A stretch of 64,000 nt of DNA from Octopus sinensis (GCF_006345805.1 NC_043006.1:80662001-80726000); one strand, 5' to 3'. Shown: positions 38,910 through 52,097, counted from the first letter of the stretch. Notes: generated from the letters alone by a model not told the origin. Program-made: numbers and translations.

Positions 38910-39520
38910 AAAATAGTAAAGTGTGAAAAAACGACAGAAGGCTTAAATGTTAAAAAATATATATTTGTGTCAAAATGTCTGGAGAATATTGGAAAAATTT
39001 TTTTCCTTTCCTTAAAATGACATAATTTTAAAATTTTTAAAGAAATTACCGGTTTCGCGTGTAGCTTTTCAAATTTCTTGTGACGTTATGTTTATATTGT
39101 ATGGAATTATCGTTGTTTTTATTCCAGGAGATTTCTAAATAAGGGGAGGTAGTGAGTGATTTTTTCCGGTGTAGGGGAGATAATCGCTTGACACAGAGAT
39201 ATTAACAAGGAAATGGGAAAAAAAATTTTTTAAGCGATTATCTCCCCTACACCGGAAAAAATCACTCACTACCTCCCCTTATTTAGAAATCTCCTGGAAA
39301 TAAAAACAACGATAATTCCATACAATATAAACATAACGTCACAAGAAATTTGAAAAGCTACACGCGAAACCGGTAATTTCTTTAAAAATTTTAAAATTAT
39401 GTCATTTTAAGGAAAGGAAAAAAATTTTTCCAATATTCTCCAGACATTTTGACACAAATATATATATTTTTTAACATTTAGCCTTCTGTCGTTTTTTCAC
39501 ACTTACTATTTTCTTATATA
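38903..39520. repeat. Long near-perfect palindrome (~287-bp arms, 42-bp spacer)
   Basis: 38903-39189 is the reverse complement of 39232-39520. Confidence 0.97.
39344..39381 (+). ncRNA. Minimal hammerhead motif with U3-A8 core (mirror copy at 39041-39078 on minus)
   Basis: AGAAAT-TTGAAAA-GC[TACAC]GC-GAAA-CCGG-TA-ATTTCT; stem I 6 bp, stem II 2 bp, ACCGGT palindrome. Confidence 0.6.
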
Positions 39521-39582
39521 TTCACCCACGTGCTTTACCAAACAAACTTTCTTATCTATATATATATATACACATATATATA

Positions 39583-39626
<44 letters not shown>

Positions 39627-39996
39627 TGAAAAGAAAAGACGAAGATAGGTGAAGGAACAACAAGCAGATGCATTAGTTTAACGCTCGGGAAGAAGTGTAG
39701 AAAAATGTGTGCAGGGATTAGATTATATTCCTTTGAATGTGGAATTGATATCGATTGTAACTAGAAGGCAATGTGTTTTGTTTTTAGCAAGATTTGTAAA
39801 TTGCAAAACATTTTCCGAAATTTGAGAAGAAAATACGAATGTCTTTCTAGAGATACGACCATTTTATATTATATCGACCCGTTATATATATATTTTTTAA
39901 CATTTAAGCCTTCTGTCGTTTTTTCACACTTACTATTTTCTTATATATTCACCCACGTGCTTTACCAAACAAACTTTCTTATCTATATATATATAT

Positions 39997-40056
<60 letters not shown>

Positions 40057-40325
40057 CTGAAAAGAAAAGACGAAGATAGGTGAAGGAACAACAAGCAGAT
40101 GCATTAGTTTAACGCTCGGAAGAAGTGTAGAAAAATGTGTGCAGGGATTAGATTATATTCCTTTGAATGTGGAATTGATATCGATTGTAACTAGAAGGCA
40201 ATGTGTTTTGTTTTTAGCAAGATTTGTAAATTGCAAAACATTTTCCGAAATTTGAGAAGAAAATACGAATGTCTTTCTAGAGATACGACCATTTTATATT
40301 ATATCGACCCGTTATATATATATTT
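39461..40325. repeat. 430-bp tandem duplication
   Basis: ORFs at 39771 and 40201 start identically at +430. Confidence 0.93.
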
Positions 40326-41126
40326 TTTTCCTTTTTCAGCGATTCAGCAAAATAATGCTACAGACGAACACTTTCAGAGTTTCCAATGTTTACAAGAAGT
40401 GAGTAGGAATATATCCTCAGTCCAGAAATTCGACACTAACATTTCCATCAGAGAAATAGAGAGAGAGTAAGAAAGATGGGAGGCAGACAGACAGACAGAC
40501 AGACAGATACACACACACGCCCGGAACTATATTAAGGCACTTGAAGGTTTGATGATGATGTTAAACCAGTCTTTTGACGGCTTTTCAAAAAGTTTCTGTT
40601 TAACATATTTCACTCATAAGAAATTAGTGAACGTGAAGCTATGGGCTATAGAAACCGACATTAGTTCAAATTACCGAGTAGTTGGTTAACGCCCCAAATA
40701 ATAATGTTGCGATACAGACTTCGCAACATTACAGCCATTCATGCGCCTATTAACTCCGAGAATGAAATCCATAGAAGAAAAGTGCGTCCGACTAGCTACA
40801 GATATGTTATTTGAGACCGTTTCAAGTTTTCACTTATAATGACCAATATAATTTTACATTGGAAATCTTCCAGTTACTGCGTCAATAATCTGCTCGAATG
40901 GGTAGGAATTTTTGCAGTTAATGCATATCCAGAATAAACAGCAATATTCGAAACCATGGTATTCAGGTAAAGTCTGTAATTTGTAGTTGTCTTGGCTTAG
41001 ATTAGCTCTAAACTTTCAATTTTCCAAATGTCCTATACGAGAAAATATATAGAGGTTTTTATAGATAAAGATGGAAAGCAATTTTATTTTGCAGAGGCGT
41101 GAGTGTGTGGTAAGAAGCTTGCTTCC

Positions 41127-43088
41127 GTTTGAACTGGTCTGAGCTCCGTCATAAAAAGAAAAAAGGACAAAAACAGCACCTGTTAAAAGTTGTCACGCTG
41201 GCATGCAGCTGGCGAAAGTTGAACTGAAAGACGCTGTAAGGTAAGACTTTTTGCTTTTTGAGTCCGGTAGGATTTGTTACCTGTTGGTTTTAATTTATTG
41301 AACAGGCATTACTGGATTTCGAAGCTTTTTGTCTGCCTTGCGGTGGAGGCGTGTGTGTTGTCTCACATAATTGTGAGAAATTGTATTTGAACATTTTTGT
41401 GCCCACGTAGATTAAAAGAATTGACCAGGAGTACCTTTCGGCCGAAAATTTATTTCTTTGCCTGGATTTGAACTCTCTTTTCACAGCTATCATTTATTTA
41501 AAAAAAAAAAGAACTTTATTTGAACTGTTACTTTTATTTTTTCTTCCCTTCTGTTGTGTCTTCTTTCTTTTTTTGTGTATCTTTCTTTATTTGAAAACGT
41601 ATTGACGAACTATATTTAAACTTTTTATTTCAAAAAATGGCAAAGGAAATATTAGTGTGGGAATTAACACCTCCCAAATCATGGCTAAAAGAGATCGAAA
41701 GGAAAACGGTGGTGTTGAGGACTTATTCAAAATTGCTCGATACCATAACCGTCTTCCCGAAAGCCACAATTTTGAAAGAGCTGGCAAAATACATGCCAGC
41801 TATTAAAATTATTTCACGGGGAGTCAAATTTGCAACGGTCTGGTTGCTATTTGACTCCCCCAAAGAAGCTTGCGAGGGGAAGGAAATAATGTTTCTTCCA
41901 AGCTACTGTGGAAAGAAATTATTGAAAGCTTGGATCTGCGGTTTGCCACCCGGAGTTGAGCCCGAGTGGACAGAGGACTCTATCCGCCAGGGTCTGGGTG
42001 GTAGCAGTACCAAGCTGCTCAACGTAAAATTTTTGCCTGCGGCTGATTGGGAGGGGTCAAAAGCTGTGTTGACCCTATGGACCCAATCAGCCGAAAGTCT
42101 GATTTTCCCAGATTTTTTGAGGATGGCCGGATCTAGGTATCCGGTGATGCTCGAGGGACGCCTCCCCAAGTGTCACCTGTGCCTGAAGACCGGCCAAATC
42201 AAGAAAAACCGCCCCAAGGACCAAAATAGGATCCTGGAGCAGTTAACAGAGGAACCACTCGCTGCTACCTCAATGGAGGGAGAGAAGGAGGAGGATGCCG
42301 AGGAGGTTTCCACCTCCTCGAAAAAACGAAAGCGAAAGGGGTTGCCCACCGAAAAACCCGAGAGCTACGGGAGAAAAGGAGGACCTACTGGACACAGCAA
42401 GGGAACACCACCCTCCCGCAGCCCAAGGGAAAAAGAAAAGAAAAAAGAAAAACGGGGCATTGCCGGCAGGTTGTGACACGCTGCCGGTGTGTCCCGATTC
42501 TCCTTTGGCGGGTGTGCTGCTGGAGGAAGAATTTTTGGTCCTCTTCCACAAGGGAGGAACCTTGCAAAATGAAATCCAAAAAATTGAAAGGAAGTGCCGG
42601 TGGGAGGGGCTTCTGTCCTACACGGAGGACACTGAGTGGCCTTCGCAGGTGGTTGCGGAGGTCTTATGGGAGAACGATCTATGGACATTAACGAACTCCT
42701 TCCCAAAGGACTCCTTCAGATTTATGTTGAAACCGTTAAGTTCGGAACGGACCAGGTGCTTCGATGAAGCGAGAAGCCTGGCCGGGCGGCAAAATTGAAG
42801 AGGTGTATTACCTCAAAAAGAGACTAAAAATGTAAAAAGTGAGAGGATTATTACCTCGTGTTTGTGTTTTAATTTTAATTTTGAACTGTGTAAGAGGTTT
42901 ATTGCCTCATTGTGTTTTTTTTTTAAAAAGAAAAGAACAATGTTTTAGAGAAACTAAAGTCGGCGGGTGCTTTTCGTCTTCTCCCATCCCTATCATCCAT
43001 ATATCATCATCATTCATCCCATTAATGTCTCTCTCTAGCCCTCAAGCTTCTCTCTGTGTACTGCCCTTGTGGCGAATTTAATGAAATA
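41127..43088 (+). mobile_element. ORF1-only L1/Tx1-like non-LTR element (HAL1-like), 1962 bp, 15-bp TSD
   Basis: TSD AAGAAGCTTGCTTCC at 41112-41126 and 43089-43103; ~510-bp 5' UTR; gag-like ORF; 3' end GCCCTTGTGGCGAATTTAATGAAATAAA; no RT or endonuclease. Confidence 0.8.
41637..42798 (+). pseudogene. L1/Tx1-type ORF1 (gag-like) protein with one frameshift in an A-rich tract near 42430-42455
   Basis: ORF 41637-42476 has an RRM-like region, a degenerate zinc knuckle GRLPKCHLCLKTGQIKKNRP and a K/E-rich tail; the overlapping ORF 42295-42798 supplies the C-terminus. Confidence 0.75.
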
Positions 43089-43625
43089 AAGAAGCTTGCT
43101 TCCCAACCACATAGTACCAGATTCATTCTCACTGCATGACACCTTGGGTAAGTGTCTTCTTCTATAGACTCCTGAGTAGTGTATGTGTGTGTGTGTGTTT
43201 GTGTGTGGGTGTCTATGTTTGTTCCACCACCACTGCTGGGAACCAATGTTAATATGTTTACGTCCCTCTAATCTAGCAGTTCAGCAAAAGAGATCGATAG
43301 AATAAATACTAGGCTTCAAAAACTACTAGGGACGATTCATTCGACTAAAATTCTTCAATCCGCCCCTTCCCCCAGTATGGCCACAGTCTTATGACTGAAA
43401 TAATTAAAAAGATATATTATTGAATTAAAATAAAATGTGAAGCGAATTTATATTTTGTTTTCTTATATTTTCTAAAACTAACCTCCGTTTCGATTTTTCT
43501 TTCATCTGATTTTTCTGCATCTCCCTATACAAGCTGAGTGCATTTTTAATATATCCTTGACTTGTATTGCTCTCTATATATTAAGATATGCATAAATAAT
43601 TTTATACATCCATCTTCATAGATGC

Positions 43626-43935
43626 GGAGGCACATGACCTGATGGTTAGATCAGCGGACTCGCGGTCGATGGATCTCAGGTTCGAATCTCAGACCGGGCG
43701 AAGTGCGTGTTTATGAGTGAAACACCTATGTTCTACACGGCTCCGGCAGAAAGTAATGGCGAATTTCTACTGACTCTTTCGCCACAAATTTCTCTTACTC
43801 TTTCCTCCTGCATCTAGCTGCTCACCTGCGACGGACCGGTATCCCGTCCAGGTGGGGAACCTATACGCCAATGAAACCGGAAAACTTCCCCTTATGAGCC
43901 AGGCGTGACTCGCGAAGGAACAAACAACGTCAACA
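43626..43935 (+). mobile_element. tRNA-headed SINE (family of 4650-4925)
   Basis: A/B-box head GGTTCGAATCTC; tail ending GAAGGAACAAACAAC. Confidence 0.8.
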
Positions 43936-44563
43936 ATTCATAGATTTTGATAATTGAGTTGAGATCCTTAACTGAGTCATCATTTGTCTGCATCTCAGCT
44001 TCGTCTGTTCCGTTTATCATTGAGGCCCACACTATGCCATTCATTGATAGTACTCTCGTCTGGTGTAGATATATTTCTGTGTCAAACTGAGTGTAGCCTT
44101 TATAAATTGAACGTAAAAGTACTCAATAATTATTTTCGCAAGTATAAAATATATTTTCGAAAACAGCTTTGCTCTTAGTAGCCATTATTTCATGCCGGAT
44201 ATCATGAAAATTTTCCTCATGCAATTTTTTAAAGTTAAACTTCTTTAAATTCCTGTAAATTCATTTGCCACCACTGAAAATCCCATGGTGACGTGTACAG
44301 ACCTAACGCCTTAGAATCGCATTGTATGTTACAACTTTCGTGTTACCAATAATTCAAAGGGACTGAATAGTCATTTTAGAAGACAAGGACGGAAAATCAG
44401 AAATGCCATTCACAACGGTGAGGCACAAACAGACAGCAATCATCTGTTTAATTGGAGCAATCACACATATAAAATATATATGTATTTCTATATCTATGCA
44501 TACGTGTGTGTAGTGTGTGCATTATATATATATATATGTATATACATATATATTTATTTATAC

Positions 44564-44623
<60 letters not shown>

Positions 44624-45262
44624 TATATATATACGTGTGTGTATGTGTGTATTTTTTATGATATATGCTATGCGGTATTGAAATAAACCTTATTCTGTTA
44701 TATATTCTCAAAATATCCTTAAGCTCATTGGAAGGACAGGTAAGAGAAATTTCATGATTTATTAAGCAACAACAAAACGGTTCACTTCGATCTGCCACCT
44801 AACAGGTCGAAAAGATGTTCATAGATTTTAATTTCACGTTAGAGAAAGATCAGTGAGTAAGACATAATGGAATTAAACAACATTTGAATGTGAAATAAAG
44901 AATAAATTAACATATTTCGTATCAATAAGCAAGTGGTTTTGCCTGTCATTATCATCTTCCCCAACCAAGAAGAGAGATTAATCTGAATGTAAAACAATAT
45001 AGATAGAATGGAATGGTGTATTCCAAACTACAGCAAAATGAGATGGTGCAGATATCCAAGCAGAAGCTGAAGAAAATATCCATGTTCATCCTTTTTGAAG
45101 GATTGGATGGAATGTATAAATGATTATTCTTTCATTTTATTCATTTTACACGCTAATTTTCATTATTTTTATTTATCCACGTATGTAAAAATTTCGCCTT
45201 TCCTTTACGCCTTTTCTTATATATTTTTCAAATATATGTATATATATTCACGAGCGTTTGTA

Positions 45263-45363
<101 letters not shown>

Positions 45364-45480
45364 GTTTGTCTGTCTCTCTGTCTCTGTCTCTGTCTGTCTC
45401 TCTCTCTCTATATATATATATATATACATATATGTATGCATCGATGTATGTACGTATATATATATATATATCTATATATA

Positions 45481-45529
<49 letters not shown>

Positions 45530-45543
45530 ATATACATATATAT

Positions 45544-46360
45544 TAGGTAAATGTAAAAAAACACAAACGGGGACAAGAACGCAAAACATTTAGAAGACGA
45601 TACAAAAAAAACGGACGGGACATTCAAAGCCTTCGATCTTCAGTCAAGAACTGGATCATCTTCGCAATTTCGGCTGATTAATCTTGAGATTGCTCGGACC
45701 TGGCCAGCCCCAAAGGAAAATCTAAGCCAAGCGCATTAGATTCCTTGAAAGAAAGCCTCGAATGTATACAAAACAAGGACGGGAACGAATAAGAATGCAA
45801 AAATACGTAAAATTAATAATGATAACACGAATAAGAATACGAAAATACGTAAAAAATAATGATAATTATAACAACAAAAACAGAACGTTACAGACAGGCG
45901 TCTTTTCGACAGGACGGGTGAACTTGAGCTGGCGCATTGAAAAAATGCCTGAAGGCGAAGAGAGGAGAAAAAATGTGTCTAGCCTATACGGCCGTTGATC
46001 ACGAAAAGGCAGGACAGCAGTCCAAAGTTAGTCACGTATGAGAAGAGAGGGGAGAAAAGCGGGACAGAGGAAGAGAGAAAGAGACGGATCAAAGTGGAGT
46101 GCAAAGTGTGAAAGGCAGAGAAATGTAGGAGAGGGGGAGAGAGAGAAAGAGACAGTGTATAGAGTCGTACCATGTATTAGAGAGAAAATATATCTTACAT
46201 ACAATATCAAAATGGGGTACGGGCCTCGCCATATAATAGGTAAATGTAAAAAAACACAAACTGGGACGAGAACGCAAAACATTTAGAAGACGATACAAAA
46301 AAAACGGACGGGACATTCGAAGCCTTCGATCTTCAGTCAAGAACCGGATCATCTTCGCAA
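45544..46360 (-). mobile_element. Second copy of the 10899 family (694-bp unit, ~123-bp terminal repeat)
   Basis: 45544-45668 repeats at 46238-46360; the interior aligns by eye with 11190-11660. Confidence 0.8.
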
Positions 46361-46959
46361 GGTATTATATATTAGAAGAAATAAGGTACTCAGAAATCTA
46401 GATGGTTTTATATTTATAGATTTTTATCAATATGTCACATGGTTATATAAATCATATAACAGCTCTTGTATCCAATCTAGTGGATTCTTCAGATTGAATT
46501 TTTTCAGGAGATTTGTCTCTTTTCATAGTATTATTGAGTGTGTAGGGCTGGAGAGAGAGATAGTAAAAAGAGTGAGGAATGGGGAGAAAGTGAGAGAGAA
46601 AGAGAGAGAGTGCGCGCGTGCCTTTGTATCTGAAAGGTGTGCCAATGGAAAAGAGAAGGAAAGGATGACGTGAGAGAGAAAGGAGAAAAGTGTGTTTACT
46701 TCTATACAGCTGGTCAGTTCTTTCAATAGAAAGTGATTCTTGGCCTTTATAAATGGCAAAACCAGGTGGCTACTCCAAGGGGGTCATGATACATGTTATT
46801 TTTCAAAAAAATGTCTGGATTTCTTTTTATTATTGTCTGCTGAGAGAGAGTATGTGCACGTTTGTGAGTGTGTGTGTGTTTGTGTGCATGTGTGTGTGTG
46901 GCTGCCTGTGTATCTGAAATGATATGTGTTTATATATATACATGTGTTTATATATATAC

Positions 46960-47019
<60 letters not shown>

Positions 47020-47089
47020 TAAAATTTTTTTATTTTATTTTATCTAGTTTCAGCTCACGAGCTGTGGCCATGCTGGGGCACCGCCATAT

Positions 47090-48330
47090 ATATATATAAA
47101 AGTGAAGTTGTATGAGTGTCTGTCTCCTACGATTTAGATTCCTAACTACTCCCATATTTTGCGGTGCAGTTTCACCAAATTCGGGTATCTTATAGTCGTG
47201 ATTCATATCGAGCCCGTCCATGTATTAGCGCGCATCTACGATGAGTCTACGATTTTAAAAATAATTTACCATAATTTGTTTCCATTTTAACGCATATTTT
47301 TTAAATAAAGGGAAGGCGGCGGAGTTGGCGTCCATGCTCACATCTGCACCTGTGTTGCTTCTCCCCCTTCTTCCCTCCCTCGTGAAGCTGTGGGGAAGGG
47401 AGTGTAAGGAAATCAACGTCGTAAAGCGTTGTCAAGGAGACCAGCGTTCTTTTAGAACAACGACTTCATGGCTTGAAGACACCAAAACAGAAATTGCTAA
47501 GAAAGCCCGAAAGCAAATTCTACAAAATCGGGAAACACGCCACACAGGGAAGGTTTCCCGTGCAAATAATTTGCAAAACCGAATGTTATAGTTGTTGCAC
47601 AACTTTTACTTAAAAAATATTATCCAAACACAAACTTTTGAAGGCAATATTGTATGGCGATGGTACTTGTGAAATATGGTAATGGATTTAGTAGCCAAAA
47701 GGAGAGAGCAGAGGCATAGTATGGTGGTGGTGGAGGCGGTGGTAGTGGCAGCGGTGGTGCTGGTAGTGGTGATGGTGGTCGTGGTTGTGGTGGTCGTTAT
47801 GTTTGTGGTGGTAGTGGTGGTGGTGTTGTTGTTGTTGTTGGTGGTGGTGGTCATGATGGTGGGGGTGGTGATGATGGTGCTGGTGGTGGTCGTCGTGGTG
47901 GTCTTCGTGATGGTGGTGGTGATGGTCATGGGCGTAGTGGTGGTGGTGGCCATGGTGGTAGTGGTGATGGTGTTGGTCGTGATGGTGGTGGTGGTGGTGG
48001 TGGCTGAAGCTGTCGTCTGGGTTCTTCCAATTTTTTCGTGTGTCGGTGGCGGCGTTGGCGTTCATGCTCGCACCTGCACCTGTGTAGCTCCTCCCCTTCT
48101 TCCCTCCCTCGTGAAGCTGTGGGGAAGGCAGGGTAGGGAAATCAACGTCGTAAAGCGTTGTCAAGGAGACCAGCGTTCTTTTAGAACAACGACTTCATGG
48201 CTTGAAGTCGCCAAAACAGAAATCGCTAAAAAAGCTGAAACAGATCCACAAAAACGGCAAAAACCGCCACACAGGGCAGGTTTCCTGTGCAAACAAGTTG
48301 CACAACCGAATGTTTTAGTTGTTGCACAAA
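47090..48330 (+). mobile_element. Helitron 5' segment plus captured or duplicated sequence
   Basis: 47090-47300 matches 48335-48540; 47317-47602 matches 48045-48330; (GGT/GTG)n tract at 47700-48005 between them. Confidence 0.6.
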
Positions 48331-48627
48331 TCTTTATATATAAAAGTGAAGTTGTGTGTCTGTCTCCTACGATTTAGATTCCTAACTACTCCCACATTTT
48401 GCGGTGCAGTTTAACCAAAACCGGGTATCTTATAGTCGTGATTCATATCGAGCCCTTCTGGGTATTAGCGCGCGTCTACGATGAGTCTACGATTTAAAAA
48501 AAAATTACCATCATTTTTTATTCCATTTTTAATGCATTTTTTTGCTATTTTTTGGCTATAACTCTCTAAAAATGCTTATATAGTTATTTCCCTTACAAAC
48601 CCGAGCAACGCCGGGCGATACTGCTAG
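48331..48627 (+). mobile_element. Non-autonomous Helitron (297 bp)
   Basis: A|TC 5' end; hairpin CCCGAGCAACGCCGGG at 48600-48615; CTAG|T 3' end. Confidence 0.85.
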
Positions 48628-48650
48628 TATATATATATATAATATATATA

Positions 48651-48692
<42 letters not shown>

Positions 48693-49677
48693 TATGTACA
48701 CGCATGCACGTATTTGTATGCGCTTGTGTAGATAGGTGAGCATCTTTCTTCATATTTAAGCAAGGACATCAATACCACTACAGTTTCGGCAGAATCATCG
48801 TCAATAGAAATGCTTACGAGTATTTAGCGGCTCAGCAAAAGAGACCTATAGAATAAGTAATAGGCTTACAAAGAATATGTCCTGGTGTCGATTTGTTCCA
48901 GCATGGCAGCTGTAAAAATGACTGAAACAAGTAAAAGAATAAAATAATTAGAATATTATATTACATGTATTGTATATTATTATTATTATTATTTAGTCAA
49001 TTTTCATGCAATTTAATAACGCCCCTTATTTTATTCCTATTCCGTCATTTTCCCATAGATAAAATTTATTCCTCTCTATATTTTTATTTTCTTACCTCTC
49101 ACTCTTCTCTAATTCATTCAAATAACTTAACCTCTTCATAATATCTTACTTTAATTGCATAATGCCCCTCACAAACCCTAATCGTCTATATTCTCTTTAA
49201 TTGATTACATAATGTCCCCCCAATATCTAAAACCATGTACTTTTCAAATCCATCATAGTCTTTTAGCACTATTGGATTAGCTAATACCTCCCCTACTAAC
49301 CCCTTTGAATTCCCATCCTTTCTAACAACTTAATGTTTACATCACTTGCATATATTAGTATACGGTCCTCATGTATCTTATTCAATATGTTTTTTTTTAC
49401 TTCCAATCTGAATTCCTTTGAGAAAATATGGAAGCATTCGCTTTTCGTATGAAATAGCCCTGATGATATTTGATTATACTGTGTTTTTTCTTCAGAACTC
49501 TTAACATAGTTCGAATCCTGCGGATCTGAAACACTGTTCACCTAATGACCAGATTAAAACCCCTGTAGGCACTTTTTATGCTTTTTTCCCCGCGAATTTA
49601 TGTTCCTTCTAATTTTATTTGCATTAAATGGTTTGGTATGTTTTTATCGCGATAGAAATATATTTTCCCCCTTTTTC

Positions 49678-49723
<46 letters not shown>

Positions 49724-49788
49724 TAATGTGTGTGTGTGTGTGGTGTGGTGTATGTGTGTGTGTGTGTATGTGTGTGTGTATGTGTATG

Positions 49789-49832
<44 letters not shown>

Positions 49833-49835
49833 TAT

Positions 49836-49871
<36 letters not shown>

Positions 49872-50112
49872 TTAGGTGGGTGGTGTATCTGTGTTTGCCC
49901 CACTGCCATCGGTTGACAACCGATGCTGGTGTGTTTATGTCCCCGTAATTTAGTGGGTCAGCAAAAGTGACCGATAGGATCAGTAGTAGGCTTAGAAAGA
50001 ATAGTTCCTGGGGTTGATTTCTTCGACTAACATGCTTTAAGGCGGTGCTCCAGCATGGCCACAGTCAAATGATGGAGACAAGTTAAAAGAATAAAATGAA
50101 TATATATATATA

Positions 50113-50640
50113 TATTGGGTCATCCCATAAATAATGCAGTATTTTTATACTTCTTTTTTAAGTTCCATTTTTAATCCAAAATATGCTCTCCTTAATTTTC
50201 TTATAAATCAGTACAACCACATGGGGCGATGTCCAGTGAATATGCTGGGTGGGGCATCGTTTCCCATTCAAACTGCTCCAGCCTTTGGAATGTCATTCTC
50301 GCTGTATGTGGCCGAGCATGATCCTGATGAAAGAATAACTTTCGTCTTGAAACCAAAGATGGTGGTTTTTCGTCTAGCACTGACTTAAGCCACTGAAGCT
50401 GCTTGCAGTAGATCTCATTTGTTATCGTTTGGTTTGGGTTTTAAAATTCAAAGTGGACTAAACCTCTCATCCCACGAAACAGATAACAACACTTTACGTG
50501 GGTGAAAACCCTCTTTAGCCTGGGGTGCCAGTGTTCTTCCTTTCGCTACGCACTGTCTTCGGCAATTGACATTTTAAAAGAGAACACATTTCGCATCACC
50601 AGTCACTATTCGGTCCAGAAATATATACATAATATTAACT
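50113..50640 (-). mobile_element. mariner (DD34D-type) transposase remnant with one TIR
   Basis: Minus translation FLDRIVTGD, HPRKVLLSVSWD, WETMPHPAYSLDIAP; TIR-like TTGGGTCATCCCATAAATAATG next to TA. Confidence 0.8.
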
Positions 50641-52020
50641 GGAATTGAATTAAGCCGATCAAAATAGACAAACGAAAGTTTTATCTCTGGATAACTCTAT
50701 TTACCGTTTTCTTAGAAAACTTGTGTTTCCGAAATTTGCATTCCCTTAACAATTGTTTCATGAATGTCGGTGGAAAAGCTTTCAGTTTAAACTATATTTT
50801 AATGAGAACAACCATGATTACATTCTACCTTGCTATAGAATACTGAATCACTATGTAAGTCTTTGATAAGAGTTTATTTACCCCGTAGGGATATGAAAAT
50901 GGTATCAGTCATGAATTCATATTCTATGTAAATACTTGATTACAAATACAGATGTCTAATCAAGACGACAAAAGAAGTATATCGCTTCTAAAAACAGACA
51001 CTCAAATAATATTTATTAAAATTGAAGTTTTCTATTCCGTGATTCCGTGATTCTGTTAACAATTTGTCTCTAAATGGGAGAAAAGCTGTGTAAGTCTTTA
51101 ATATAGTTTACCAATAAAGCAATCGCTTTTTAACTTCATTTTCTAAGGTTAACGCACGTTTTTCTGGCAGAGAACTCTTTTCACATCTATGGTCAAGGGG
51201 CAACAGATAGTATGACGATAAGTAAGGATTCCAGTTTATTCTTAACTTCAATTCGTGTTAAAAATTGGCAACCTAAATCAACCTGAAGCAAGAAGAGAAA
51301 TAACGAGACCAAACAAGCAAAAGTATGAAAAAAAAACAACGACAGGAAATTGGAGAAACTATATTATAAAACCAATGTATAAGAAGAGCTGACATGCAAG
51401 TGCAAGAACGTACAGATTAAATATGAAAGAGAAAATCAAGTAAATACAAGTTTTTAGCATTAAAATTTACAGACATTGTCCATTGATGTTAATAACAATC
51501 AATACTAATATCTTCTTATTGAGTAAGTCTCTAGATAATACGTAATATACAAAACGTACTAACGCAAAGAATATTACCGAAAATAGAATAAAATGTGATT
51601 CAGATCCGAACACTATCTCCACCTTATTGTTACTTGGATAATCAGTGTCAGCCTGGAAAAAGTATTTCGTCTATCAACCAGCAAGCTACTCATTCAACCA
51701 GTCAATAGATAGAAATGTACTATTTCCTTCCAACACCATACAGTTTCTTTATCCTTACTGATTAAACCTGCATTATATTGAACCAACGAATCGGTGTTAT
51801 GCACAGCAGTGGGATTAGAGAACTTAACGTGAAGAATATAAAATATCTCTCTCACACTTCTTATGTATAATATATATGTATATATATATGTATATATATA
51901 ATATATATATATATATATAATATATATATATATATATAATAATATATATATATATAATATATATATATATATTATATATATATATATAATATATATATAT
52001 ATATACATATATATATACAT

Positions 52021-52097
<77 letters not shown>

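Larger units (their letters stand above)
41095..43410 (+). mobile_element. SINE family B split by an insertion (head 41095-41126, remainder 43089-43410)
   Basis: GTGTGTGGTAAGAAGCTTGCTTCC continues after the insert as CAACCACATAGTACCAG...CCTTGGGTAAGTGTC, followed by the family tail. Confidence 0.85.

Noticed and set aside
40925-40960. GAATA..TATTC-GAAA-CCATGG-TA half hammerhead
   Set aside because: There is no CUGANGA core or stem I upstream.
47606-48377. Val-rich, His-rich and Thr-rich ORFs
   Set aside because: These are translations of a (GGT/GTG)n tract in different frames.
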